From contig NZ_CP076228.1 in assembly GCF_021378375.1 (NCBI RefSeq), forward strand, positions 270,001 to 302,000: a stretch of DNA of 32,000 nt. Direction: 5' to 3'. Both the position numbers and the translations under genes were made by a program. This DNA is from Wolbachia endosymbiont of Drosophila innubila (GTDB taxonomy: Bacteria; Pseudomonadota; Alphaproteobacteria; Rickettsiales; Anaplasmataceae). The notes beneath the pieces are model-generated. The model saw nothing but the letters and a program-made list of their open reading frames with translations. It was not told the DNA's origin and searched no databases. Shown one piece after another: positions 15,700-25,351 of this stretch; position 1 is the stretch's first letter, and each line of letters begins with the position of its first letter.

Positions 15700-16794
15700 A
15701 TGAGTTTTAACTGCGGTATAGTTGGGTTACCAAACATAGGAAAATCAACCTTATTTAATGCGCTTACAGAGTCAAGTGCAGCCGAAGCTGCAAATTATCC
15801 TTTTTGCACAATCGAGCCAAATATAGGCAAGATTTCGATAAAAGATCAACGTTTGAAACAAATCGCAGCAATTGCAGGCTCAGAGAAGGTAATCTACAAC
15901 CAATTAGAAGTTGTAGATATTGCAGGTCTGGTAAAGGGTGCGAGCAAAGGCGAAGGGCTTGGCAATAAATTTTTAAGCCATATCAGAGAAGTTGATGCCA
16001 TCGTTCATCTGCTCAGGTGCTTTACGGATGACGATATCAGCCATATACACAGTAAAATAGATCCAATATCAGATGCTGAAGTGGTAGAAATGGAATTAAT
16101 CCTAGCTGATATTGATAGCATAGAAAAAAGGCTTCCTCAATTGGAAAAGAAAGCAAAGCAAGGTGATAAAGAGCTAAAGAGACAACTTGAATTAATGCAA
16201 GAGGTATTAGCTACTTTAAAATTAGGTAAACCTGCAAGAAGTTTGGAGAATATCAATGAAGATGAGATGAAGTTGCTTCAATTGCTGACAACAAAGCCCG
16301 TTATGTACGTTTGCAATGTTGAAGATACAAATGTTATAACTGGCAATGAATTATCTAAAAAGGTAGAGAGGATGGCGGAGGAAAATAAAAGCAAATTTTA
16401 TTGCATTTCAGCAAAACTCGAAGCAGATATTGCAAATCTTGATAGTGAAGAGGAAAAACAGAGTTTTTTATCAGAATTTGGCTTACAAGAATCAGGCCTT
16501 GATGGAGTAGCGCGTATTATGTATGAAGTGCTGAGTATGATAACTTTCTTTACTGTGGGCCCCAAAGAAGCACGTGCATGGCCAGTAAAAATAGGGTCAA
16601 CAGCCGATAAAGCAGCAGGTGTAATCCACACTGATTTTGAGAAAGGCTTTATAAAAGCAGAGACAATAAGCTTTGCAGACTACATAAAGTATGGAAGTGA
16701 ATCAGCTTGCAAAGACGCAGGAAAAATTCGCTTTGAAGGCAGAGATTATATCGTGCAAGATGGCGATATAATGCACTTTAGGTTTAATGTGTAG
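15700..16794 (+). CDS. ychF: Ribosome-binding ATPase YchF (Obg-family P-loop NTPase)
   Basis: GIVGLPNIGKSTLFNALT, ANYPFCTIEPN, DIAGLVKGAS.GEGLGN.FL, and a C-terminal TGS-like domain (YIVQDGDIMHFRFNV). Confidence 0.92.
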   Translation: MSFNCGIVGLPNIGKSTLFNALTESSAAEAANYPFCTIEPNIGKISIKDQRLKQIAAIAGSEKVIYNQLEVVDIAGLVKGASKGEGLGNKFLSHIREVDAIVHLLRCFTDDDISHIHSKIDPISDAEVVEMELILADIDSIEKRLPQLEKKAKQGDKELKRQLELMQEVLATLKLGKPARSLENINEDEMKLLQLLTTKPVMYVCNVEDTNVITGNELSKKVERMAEENKSKFYCISAKLEADIANLDSEEEKQSFLSEFGLQESGLDGVARIMYEVLSMITFFTVGPKEARAWPVKIGSTADKAAGVIHTDFEKGFIKAETISFADYIKYGSESACKDAGKIRFEGRDYIVQDGDIMHFRFNV

Positions 16795-16946
16795 TTTATT
16801 ATGCAGCCACTTATTTAAAGTTAAGTTTTCTGGATCCCAGTGTCTGGGCACTGGGATGACATCCTCCCTAGCGGAGATTGCTCTCAAACCACAATGTTCG
16901 TACAGTAAGCACTGACCACTTTGCTTCAATATTTGCGATGCCCCTG
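16795..16946. repeat. Family-1 composite repeat starting immediately after the ychF stop
   Basis: TTTATTATGCAGCCACTTATTTAAAGTTAAGTTTTCTGGATCCCAGTGTCTGGGCACTGGGATGACATC.. matches 10356-10403. The segment ..CACAATGTTCGTACAGTAAGC.. is the reverse complement of the 4895-4920 type sequence. Confidence 0.85.
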
Positions 16947-17046
16947 AACAGATACAAAAAATCTATTGTTTTTTTATAAATTAAATCCTAAGGCATTTTT
17001 TACTGTAGATTAATCATTTGATTATAGTATCATTTTAATTAAGCTT

Positions 17047-18255
17047 ATGCTTGGGATATTTATGAAGAATATTTTATATTTTATATTATTAGCTGTCGTA
17101 TTCGGATCACCCATCCTGTTTGCCGTAGAGCAGCTTGAAGAAAAGAAAATTGAATCAGTTCATAAAAACGAAAATGTAGGTGTAAGGAAGCAAGATAGCA
17201 CAAATCAAAAAGATGAGTTAAAAAGCAACGTCGATGCTAAACAAACACAAGAGGCTGAGAGCAAAAGATTAGACGGCACTACCGATAAAGAGAAACTGCA
17301 ACACAACGAGAACAAAGCTTTCGTGGTTGAAAAAACTATAAGTGAAGGTGAAAGGATTGATAAAGATTTGCCAAATGACCAGCTAGAAGGAAGCACAGAC
17401 AAATTTGCTCAAAATTTACCAAATGTGGCCAATAAAGAAGTGAATAAAGATTTGAAACCAGAGCCTTTGCCTTTAAGTGCTGATTTAAATGAGAATACAG
17501 CTAACCCGCAAAAAAATCTACAAGCTGATCAGAAGATTGATATAAAAGATAATGAACTTTCAAAAAGTGATGCGAGTCAATTATTAGAGGGAAAAAAAGA
17601 AAAAGTAGAGAATCAGTCTGAAGAAAAAAAAGTGAAAGAAACAAACAGTAATTCCAAGGACCGCAATAGAGTAAAATCTATAACTAAAAAAGATGAAGAA
17701 GAGCAAAGTGAAAAGAAAAGTTTACAAAAATGGACAAAGCTAAACAGAGAACCAATAAAAGAATGGGGTCATAAAGACATACAAAGCAAGTCAATATATA
17801 AACGACAATATGATAGCCTTAATGAGCATCTTCCTACAACTGTGTTTATTGATGATTACAGTAAGCAATTTTTTTACTGCATTAAGAAGAACAACTTAAC
17901 TTGCTTAAGAGGAGTAATAAGTAAGCTAGAAAAAATTGGATTAACAATTCAAGAGATACTAAGGTTTAGAAATAAATTGGGTGATACTCCTCTCATTTAT
18001 TCAGTTAAACAAGGTGAGGTAGACATAGTGCGCTTTCTCTTATTACAAGGTGCTGATCTTAGAGTAGTTAACAATAATTTTCAATCCCCAATTGATATAG
18101 CAATCGAAAAAAAGCAGATCAATATAATAAATGCGATTGCCGAAATGATGCCACATCTTTTGGAGGATAGAAAAATAGACAATAAAGAAAGCTCAGCAAT
18201 GTACGATTGGGCTGTGAAAACGAAAGAAATACAGTGCGATAAGCAAGATGATTAG
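17047..18255 (+). CDS. Secreted ankyrin-repeat protein
   Basis: N-terminal signal-peptide-like segment MKNILYFILLAVVFGSPILFA (alternative start at 17062). A ~230-aa K/E/D/N/Q-rich low-complexity region follows. C-terminal ANK repeats are present: GDTPLIYSVKQGEVDIVRFLLLQGADL and SPIDIAIEKKQINIINAI. Confidence 0.8.
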   Translation: MLGIFMKNILYFILLAVVFGSPILFAVEQLEEKKIESVHKNENVGVRKQDSTNQKDELKSNVDAKQTQEAESKRLDGTTDKEKLQHNENKAFVVEKTISEGERIDKDLPNDQLEGSTDKFAQNLPNVANKEVNKDLKPEPLPLSADLNENTANPQKNLQADQKIDIKDNELSKSDASQLLEGKKEKVENQSEEKKVKETNSNSKDRNRVKSITKKDEEEQSEKKSLQKWTKLNREPIKEWGHKDIQSKSIYKRQYDSLNEHLPTTVFIDDYSKQFFYCIKKNNLTCLRGVISKLEKIGLTIQEILRFRNKLGDTPLIYSVKQGEVDIVRFLLLQGADLRVVNNNFQSPIDIAIEKKQINIINAIAEMMPHLLEDRKIDNKESSAMYDWAVKTKEIQCDKQDD

Positions 18256-20053
18256 ATTTTTGATATTAATTTTAGTTGGTCATTTATGTTATGGAAACGA
18301 AACAAATGATGAAAAAAATCAGATTAGTGATTTTTTAAACGCTTTGCGTGATGCAAAATACGCATCTTACAGTAAAAAAGACTTTGCTGAATTTTTGGTG
18401 CAGTGCCACAAAGAGGGCGTGCCAGAAGATTTTAAGAAAGGTTTTGGTTCTAACTTAAATGGAGCTAATTTTAACCAACTGTACCTAAGTAAATCTGTTT
18501 TTGATGGAGTAAGTCTGATTGGTGCTGATTTTTCTAACACCGATTTATCCGATGTGTCTTTCATTGATGTTGATTTACGTGGTGCTAATTTTTCCAATGC
18601 TAATTTACATGGCATTAAAATAAAAGGTACAAATTTGAGTTTTACAAAATTTGTTTCTGCAAACTTAACAGATATCGTATTTGATCAGTCTAATGTTAGT
18701 TATGCTGATTTTATCAGTTCCGATCTCAAAAAAGTAAGTATGCACAACGTAATTGGTTTGCATACTAATTTCTCGAATGTGAAAATGAATTTCTCCAACT
18801 TATCAAACTCGAATGTTAGCCACGTAAATTTTAGTGATAGTGAAATAAACGATACTGTTATGCAGAAAAACAACCTTGATAATGCAAGTTTCTTTGGAGT
18901 GGATGCATATAAATTAAAGATACAATTTTCTTCATTAAAAAATGCTAACATATATGGTGCAGAGTTAAAAGAATCAGACTTTACAGGTAGCAATCTTTCC
19001 GATGCTTGCCTTAATTCTTCTATCATAATTAACAGTAACTTCGACGAAACTGATTTAAGCAACACACAAATTTCCTATGTGAATGACGATAATTCAAGTT
19101 TTGTTCAATCTATACTAAATGGTTCCAAGATAAAACATGCATATGTTTCTGAAGCAAATCTTCATGATGCTGATTTATCCAATATTGATTTTAGTTTTAG
19201 TGAACTGCATCAAGTTAATGTCTCTAATGCTGACATTCGTCACGGAAAGTTTCATAATACTAAAGTTGCAAATTCTAACATGAATGGCTCATTTTTTGAC
19301 CATTCACTATTCACCTATGTGAAGATAGAAGATTCAGACCTTTCTACAACTTCAATGTATAAGATAAAAATCCAAGACTCTCAAGTTTATAACAGTACAC
19401 TTTCTCGCCATAATATTGATTCCAGTGAAATAGAAAATTCAACATTCTTTAATTTATTAGCTGATAATTCGAGTTGGTCCAATTTAAAAGTAACTAATTC
19501 AAATTTTATTGAAAGCGATTTCAGATCTTCTTTGCTTCACGCTAATGCCTTTAGGAAAACTAGTTTTTTTCTTAGCAATTTGAGTAATTCAACAATTAGT
19601 GATATGTCTTTTCACTCTTCAAGCATATATAAAAGTTCAGTTGCTGATGTTCATTTAACAGATTGCAAGTTTGATAATTCGATTTTGATTGACAATCAAG
19701 GACAGAAAAAACTTGCAGGGTTAGAAAATGCTATAACTTCAATTGGAGATTTGCAAGAGAAAATATCACAGGGTGAAAAATTTAATGTAAATTATTCTTA
19801 CTTTGAATTTAAGAATATGAATTTAGAAAATGCCGATTTTTCTAATTCAACATTGAGTAGAGCAAAGTTTGTAAACGTTAATTTGAATAAGGCAAATTTT
19901 GAAAAAACCGATTTGCGCTATACTGTCTTTGATAACTCTTCTCTCATTGGCACCAACTTATCAAATTCTAATTTAGAAGGTTCTAGCTTTTTAAACTCTG
20001 ATCCAAAAAGCACCATGTTAAAAAATGCAAAGAAAAATGACCGTAAAAAGTGA
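18248..20053 (+). CDS. Pentapeptide-repeat protein (601 aa) with an N-terminal signal-like sequence
   Basis: Dozens of A(D/N)LSx-type pentapeptides (GADFSNTDLSDVSFIDVDLRGANFSNANLHG...). The hydrophobic N-terminus is MIRFLILILVGHLCYG. The start overlaps the upstream ANK gene by 8 nt. Confidence 0.85.
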   Translation: MIRFLILILVGHLCYGNETNDEKNQISDFLNALRDAKYASYSKKDFAEFLVQCHKEGVPEDFKKGFGSNLNGANFNQLYLSKSVFDGVSLIGADFSNTDLSDVSFIDVDLRGANFSNANLHGIKIKGTNLSFTKFVSANLTDIVFDQSNVSYADFISSDLKKVSMHNVIGLHTNFSNVKMNFSNLSNSNVSHVNFSDSEINDTVMQKNNLDNASFFGVDAYKLKIQFSSLKNANIYGAELKESDFTGSNLSDACLNSSIIINSNFDETDLSNTQISYVNDDNSSFVQSILNGSKIKHAYVSEANLHDADLSNIDFSFSELHQVNVSNADIRHGKFHNTKVANSNMNGSFFDHSLFTYVKIEDSDLSTTSMYKIKIQDSQVYNSTLSRHNIDSSEIENSTFFNLLADNSSWSNLKVTNSNFIESDFRSSLLHANAFRKTSFFLSNLSNSTISDMSFHSSSIYKSSVADVHLTDCKFDNSILIDNQGQKKLAGLENAITSIGDLQEKISQGEKFNVNYSYFEFKNMNLENADFSNSTLSRAKFVNVNLNKANFEKTDLRYTVFDNSSLIGTNLSNSNLEGSSFLNSDPKSTMLKNAKKNDRKK

Positions 20054-20642
20054 GGGCGTATTATTGGTTCTATCCTCCCCTTCTGGAGCTGGAAAAACTA
20101 CTATATCAGCAAAATTACTTGAGCAATCAACTAATTTAGTTAGGTCTGTTTCTATGACTACACGCAAGCCTCGCCCCGGCGAAATAAATGGAAAAGACTA
20201 TTTTTTCGTTACCGAAGAAAAATTTCACGAGCTATGCAAAGCTGGCCAAATGCTTGAATACGCCAAAGTTTTTGAGAATTTTTATGGTATACCAAGAGAT
20301 TTTATAGAGCAAAACCTGAGCAGTGGAATAAGCGTTTTACTCAGCATAGACTGGCAAGGAGCATTTCACTTATTCAAGCTCATGAGAAAAAAAGTTGTGA
20401 GTGTTTTTATACTTCCCCCTTCAATGGAAGAGCTTAGGTTGCGTTTGCAAAAGCGTAATAGTGATGATGCAAGCGAAATAGAGCGCAGATTAGCCGAAGC
20501 TCAAAAAGAGATAAGCAAACGTGATAAATATGATTATGTAATAATCAATGATGATATTGATAAAAGTGTAGAAGAGATAAGCTCCATACTAAATAAAGAA
20601 AGACTTAAAAAACTAAAAGAAAAACCAAGTCTGGAAGACTGA
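20025..20642 (+). CDS. gmk: Guanylate kinase
   Basis: P-loop SSPSGAGKTT and TTRKPRPGE.NG.DYFF, typical of Gmk. The true start may be ATG 20037 (MTVKSEG). Either start lies inside the 3' end of the pentapeptide-repeat gene. Confidence 0.88.
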   Translation: MQRKMTVKSEGVLLVLSSPSGAGKTTISAKLLEQSTNLVRSVSMTTRKPRPGEINGKDYFFVTEEKFHELCKAGQMLEYAKVFENFYGIPRDFIEQNLSSGISVLLSIDWQGAFHLFKLMRKKVVSVFILPPSMEELRLRLQKRNSDDASEIERRLAEAQKEISKRDKYDYVIINDDIDKSVEEISSILNKERLKKLKEKPSLED

Positions 20643-20936
20643 TAAAAACATCAATTTGGATATTTGCAGCTATAGTTTCTTATCCTATTTTAGCCAATAG
20701 CACATTTCACAGTTTAGCTATATTTATTATTTTTTAAGATTAAATGGTTAAAATAGTAGCAACTGTTCAAGTGAGGTTTAACTATGACGGCAAAATTTCT
20801 CACAGAAATTAATTTTCTGCCTTTTCACCTATATTTTGATCACATATACAACGTTTAGCTCAATTTAAAAGTCAAACTTCTTGGTTGTTAGTTTAGTGCT
20901 GACAACTTAAATAGCTTTTAATATTGAGGTTTTAGT

Positions 20937-22835
20937 ATGGGTATAGATATAACTGCACTAACTACTAATGCAGATAAATTAGGTGAATGCATAGATAAAA
21001 ATAAAAAGCAAGAGCAGGATAGAAAAGACGAGCAATTGTATGGCATTATAGAGAGAAAGGTAAAAAAAGAAGAACACAAGCGTGAAAAACCAAGAGGTCA
21101 AGATGGAACCCTCAAGAAGTGTAAAAGGTTATTTGAAAAAGATGCTAGTCCTGAAGTATTAACTAAATTAGAAGAATCACTTAGAGAACAAGAAAAATAT
21201 TATAGGTATTATGTCCAATGCTTCCTTCCAGTGCTAGATAAAGCAATAGAACGATCGAAAAAAATATCAAATGAAACAAAAGAGCGAGTAAAGCAAGCAA
21301 TTTCAGAAATTACTTATAATAGCAAATATTGTAACCAAAATGATCGTAGGGACAGTGGAATTGAAAGTGACTACAGTAGCGATGCTGGTGATGATTATGA
21401 GAAACATTCAATCAGTAATCCTAATACAGCAAATGAAGATCAAGAAGTAGAGAAAAGCAACGAAATAACAAATAGCAATGCTCTATTACTAAAAGCGATC
21501 AAAAATGGAAATAACAGGAAATTTGAAAAATATCTAAAAGATTGTACGGATATTAGCAGCATAAAAAATGAAAAAGGAAACAATATTTTACACCTTATCG
21601 TATCGTTGGAAAAGAAACAGAAACGCAAGTTTCTAGGTATTCTAATAAAAACGGTCACCAAGAAAGATCTAGCACAACTCATTAATAGTGAAAATCAAAC
21701 CCCTCTTCAGGTGGCACTAATTAACAAGATAACAAAAGAAAAACATGAGTCTCACACAATCCAAGATAACGATAACATACTTAAGTTTCTTACAAAATTG
21801 TTAGAGCATGGAGCCAGCCATGATCAGTTAGAATTACCTGAGGAAAGCTTAAAAAAATTGTCTAAGGGGCAAAATGAATACTATTGTAAATTTTTAAAGA
21901 AATTAGCTAAAAAGGCTGAGCTAAAGCAGGAAATAAAAATCAAGACAGAAGCAAAAGTTAAAGAAATTGTGGCACATACTGTAAACACTCCAAATAGTAA
22001 TAGTGATTATCCGTTACATTTAGCAATTAAAAATAATGATAAAGAACTTTTTAAAGAACTATTGCAAGAGGGGGCGAACATTAGCCTTGAAGGTGCAAAT
22101 AAAAATAATGCCTTACACCACATTGCTTTACTTAAAGGAGAATATAAAATCAAATATTTGAAGTTAATATTAGATTTTGAAAAAAAAGGAGTAATATCTT
22201 CAGAAAAATTGCATAAGGCTATAAACGCTCAAAATAAAGATGATAAATATCCAGCGCAAGTTGCTTTAATTAGACAAACAGAGAAGATACCTAGTAAGTT
22301 AAAAGACTTTTCTAGGTGGGTTAGATCAAGGCCCACAAAACATTATTATACTGCTGAATTTTGTGCAGAATTGTTACAAAATGGTGCTGAGAATAAAAGT
22401 GACCATATAACAATACCTAAAGAGCATCGTAAGCAAAAATATTATCAGACTACAAAAAGAATCAAAGATATAACAGGTGTTAGCCCTGACCCAGAAACAC
22501 AAGAAGAACTTGAAGAGCATTTTTCTAAGAAGAATGCTCGTAAGAATATAAGTCTTCCAGTAAAATGGATACTCGGAGGTTTAATTTTTGCAACAGTATT
22601 TAGTGCTTTAGCAGGAAACATGATAGCTGCAGCCGCTTTATCGGTGACCATAGCGGTTTGTGCAATGTGTTACCCTATTTACTTAAAGTTAGAAAATGCT
22701 CTTAATGCTAGAGCATCAGATCAATCAGAGCATACAGAAAACCCAGCTACTAAAATGAGCGATGTATCAATACTACGTCAATTCATGAATAAGCTAGATG
22801 GGCTGACTAATAAACCCTCTTCTCTGGCGCTATGA
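20937..22835 (+). CDS. Ankyrin-repeat protein with internal module duplication and a C-terminal hydrophobic hairpin
   Basis: ANK strings include [36 protein letters not shown] and [36 protein letters not shown]. The C-terminal ~40-aa hydrophobic block is [44 protein letters not shown] lies 8 nt upstream of the ATG. Confidence 0.8.
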   Translation: MGIDITALTTNADKLGECIDKNKKQEQDRKDEQLYGIIERKVKKEEHKREKPRGQDGTLKKCKRLFEKDASPEVLTKLEESLREQEKYYRYYVQCFLPVLDKAIERSKKISNETKERVKQAISEITYNSKYCNQNDRRDSGIESDYSSDAGDDYEKHSISNPNTANEDQEVEKSNEITNSNALLLKAIKNGNNRKFEKYLKDCTDISSIKNEKGNNILHLIVSLEKKQKRKFLGILIKTVTKKDLAQLINSENQTPLQVALINKITKEKHESHTIQDNDNILKFLTKLLEHGASHDQLELPEESLKKLSKGQNEYYCKFLKKLAKKAELKQEIKIKTEAKVKEIVAHTVNTPNSNSDYPLHLAIKNNDKELFKELLQEGANISLEGANKNNALHHIALLKGEYKIKYLKLILDFEKKGVISSEKLHKAINAQNKDDKYPAQVALIRQTEKIPSKLKDFSRWVRSRPTKHYYTAEFCAELLQNGAENKSDHITIPKEHRKQKYYQTTKRIKDITGVSPDPETQEELEEHFSKKNARKNISLPVKWILGGLIFATVFSALAGNMIAAAALSVTIAVCAMCYPIYLKLENALNARASDQSEHTENPATKMSDVSILRQFMNKLDGLTNKPSSLAL

Positions 22836-24606
22836 AATCAATCTCACCGCTCAGAGTTTTTTCAGCCACTTTTTTATAATCAATTTTTACGTTAATTTGC
22901 CCTTTCTTTTCTTCAAGCCACGCTATAGTGTGCTTCATCCAGTTTTTGTCATCACGTTCAGGAAAGTCTTCACGAGCATGTGCACCTCTGCTTTCCTCGC
23001 GATTAGCTGCGCATTCCATGGTAATAACCGCTTGTGGGATCATGTTAGCAAGCTCCAGCGCTTCAACTAAATCACTGTTCCACATCATACTGCGATCCTC
23101 AAGTGAAATATCAGGCATCATTTTTGCTACCTTTTTTATAGCTTTTTTGCCTTCTTCTAAAACTTCAGCAACACGGAAAACTGATGCGTATTTTTGCATA
23201 GTGTTCTGCATTTCACCGCGTATTTTTGCTACTTTTAGCCCACCGGAAGCAAATCGCATTTTATTAAATCTATCTACTATCCAGTCTGTGCAGTCTGAAT
23301 GCAATTTTTTATGTGGTGTACCGGACTTTAGCTTCTCTTTTGCTCTGAGCGCTGCAGCTCTACCAAAAACCACAAGATCAAGAAGCGAGTTAGAGCCAAG
23401 TCGATTTGCACCGTGCACAGAGACACACGCAGCTTCTCCAATTGCAAATAGTCCATCTACTACCTCTTCCTTACCTTGCTTCAGCGTGATCACTTCTCCA
23501 TAATAATTGGTTGGAATGCCACCCATGTTATAGTGAACAGTCGGAATGACCGGTATTGGATCTTTAGTGACATCAACTCCAGCAAAAGTTCTTGCGGTTT
23601 CGCTGATGCCCGGCAATCTGAGTTTTATTACTTCCGGATCAAGATGCGCTATAGTTAAATACATATGATCTTTTTTTGGTCCAACCCCCCTTCCCTCTCT
23701 AATTTCAATTGTTATTGCGCGACTTACCACATCACGGGAAGCTAAATCTTTTGCTTTTGGTGCGTAACGTTCCATAAACTTCTCGCCCTGAGAATTAACG
23801 AGGTACCCCCCTTCACCACGGCATCCTTCTGTCATCAAGCACCCTGAGCCATATATTCCTGTTGGATGAAATTGTACAAATTCCATATCTTCAAGTGGTA
23901 ATCCAGCCCTTACTACCATGCCATTACCATCACCTGTGCAGGTATGCGCACTTGTTGCAGAGAAATAAACACGTCCATATCCACCTGTTGCTAGCACCAC
24001 TCTATGCGCACGAAATCTATGTAATGTGCCGTCGCATAGCGACCAAGCAAGAACTCCGCAGCATGTTTCGCTATCCATAATTAAATCAATCACAAAGTAT
24101 TCAACAAAAAATTCAGCGTTGAATTTAAGACACTGCTGATATAGAGTGTGAAGGATTGCGTGCCCAGTCTTATCTGCTGCCGCACAAGTGCGCTGCGCTG
24201 ATTTTCCTTTACCAAAGTGAGTTGTCATTCCACCAAAGGAACGCTGGTATATTTTGCCATCTTCTGTACGAGAAAAAGGTACGCCAAAATTTTCAAGTTC
24301 AATAACAGCTTTAGCAGCGTTTTTACACATATATTCTATTGCATCTTGATCACCAAGCCAGTCTGAACCTTTTATTGTGTCATATGCATGCCAGCGCCAA
24401 TCGTCTTCACCGATATTACCTAAAGCTGCACTAATTCCGCCTTGTGCTGCAACTGTATGACTTCGTGTAGGGAAAATTTTAGAAATGCAGGCAACTGAAA
24501 AATTAGTTGCAGCCATCCCAAGCGTTGCTCTGAGCCCTGCTCCACCTGCACCTACTACTACCACGTCATACTCATGTTCTATGATCTCATACGCTGACTT
24601 ATCCAT
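22807..24606 (-). CDS. sdhA: Succinate dehydrogenase flavoprotein subunit
   Basis: 599 aa. FAD-binding motif [13 protein letters not shown], the [13 protein letters not shown]-attachment region, and [10 protein letters not shown]. Full-length SdhA architecture. Confidence 0.95.
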   Translation of the reverse strand: MDKSAYEIIEHEYDVVVVGAGGAGLRATLGMAATNFSVACISKIFPTRSHTVAAQGGISAALGNIGEDDWRWHAYDTIKGSDWLGDQDAIEYMCKNAAKAVIELENFGVPFSRTEDGKIYQRSFGGMTTHFGKGKSAQRTCAAADKTGHAILHTLYQQCLKFNAEFFVEYFVIDLIMDSETCCGVLAWSLCDGTLHRFRAHRVVLATGGYGRVYFSATSAHTCTGDGNGMVVRAGLPLEDMEFVQFHPTGIYGSGCLMTEGCRGEGGYLVNSQGEKFMERYAPKAKDLASRDVVSRAITIEIREGRGVGPKKDHMYLTIAHLDPEVIKLRLPGISETARTFAGVDVTKDPIPVIPTVHYNMGGIPTNYYGEVITLKQGKEEVVDGLFAIGEAACVSVHGANRLGSNSLLDLVVFGRAAALRAKEKLKSGTPHKKLHSDCTDWIVDRFNKMRFASGGLKVAKIRGEMQNTMQKYASVFRVAEVLEEGKKAIKKVAKMMPDISLEDRSMMWNSDLVEALELANMIPQAVITMECAANREESRGAHAREDFPERDDKNWMKHTIAWLEEKKGQINVKIDYKKVAEKTLSGEIDFIAPEKRVY

Positions 24607-24682
24607 ATTTACTTATTTTATCATTACAGGCTTATGATATCACAGAAGTAGAAAAAATCTATACAAGTTTTCTATAGTTAAG

Positions 24683-24866
24683 ACGTCATGCCGCCGCGGC
24701 GCTAACAAGTAGCGGGATGACAGCAATCCTACGTCATACCGCCGCAGTATCTCAGCCACTAACACGTAGCGGGATGACGAGCTTATTGTCATGCCGCCAC
24801 GAACCGTCATACCGCGATTCATTCGCGGTATCTCTAGATCCCGCTAACAAGCAGCGGGATGACGAT
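24683..24866. repeat. Tandem cluster of family-2 multi-hairpin repeats
   Basis: The complete unit is at 24805-24864 and has four parts. CGTCAT opens it. Hairpin 1 is ATACCGCGA-TTCAT-TCGCGGTAT (24809-24831). Hairpin 2 is ATCCCGCT-AACAAGC-AGCGGGAT (24838-24860). ATGACG closes it. Degenerate or partial units lie at 24683-24723, 24731-24782 and 24785-24803. Confidence 0.85.
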
Positions 24867-24871
24867 TGTCG

Positions 24872-25334
24872 TTTAGCTATAAACATTAAGAAATTTACCA
24901 AATGAAAAAAAAGGCAAAAGAAGCCCTGGGGTTATTATCTGCTTTAAAATATTGGCGTTTTTTATGTTTTAAACGCTTGACAAGCAAGATTAAGCTGCTT
25001 TTAATTGCAACTAACTTACGCTGCAAATGTTTAAGAAGTTTACTAAGCAGAAAAAAAGACAAAGAATCCCCGAGTTAGCTAGTCTTTTACTATCTCTGTC
25101 GAGTATTGGCATTTTTTGATGTCTTGTAACGCTTTATAAGCGCGTTCAGCTTATTTAGATAAAAATCTAGATGTAGATGAAGTTTTGTAAAGACATACAG
25201 TATCTATATACTGCAAAAAATTGAACATGAGACGCCGATACATTAAGTAATCCTTACCTTTTAATCTGCAGATTGGCGAAAGCAAATACAATAGCTTCAA
25301 TTTTATGATAAGGGGGCTGGCGGAGTTTGTCAAG
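24872..25334 (-). repeat. ~462-bp repeat, copy B, inverted relative to copy A
   Basis: Its reverse complement aligns along its whole length with 9831-10292. On the minus strand the -35 TTGACA is at 25333-25328, the spacer is 17 nt, and the -10 TATCAT is at 25310-25305. Confidence 0.9.
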
Positions 25335-25351
25335 AAATTTTCTTATTTCAT

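Noticed and set aside
16702-16929. ORF 16702..16929 (minus)
   Set aside because: It is antisense to the 3' end of ychF and otherwise made of the family-1 repeat (IPVPRHWDPEN peptide). It has no start context.
18248-20053. The very high density of N-x-S/T sequons in the pentapeptide-repeat protein, as evidence of host N-glycosylation
   Set aside because: The sequons follow automatically from the A(D/N)LSx repeat consensus, so they carry no independent information.
24640-24905. ORFs 24640..24822 (minus) and 24717..24905 (plus)
   Set aside because: Both are composed entirely of family-2 hairpin repeats, giving repetitive R/M/T/S-rich peptides, and they overlap each other on opposite strands. 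They look like translation artefacts of repeat DNA.
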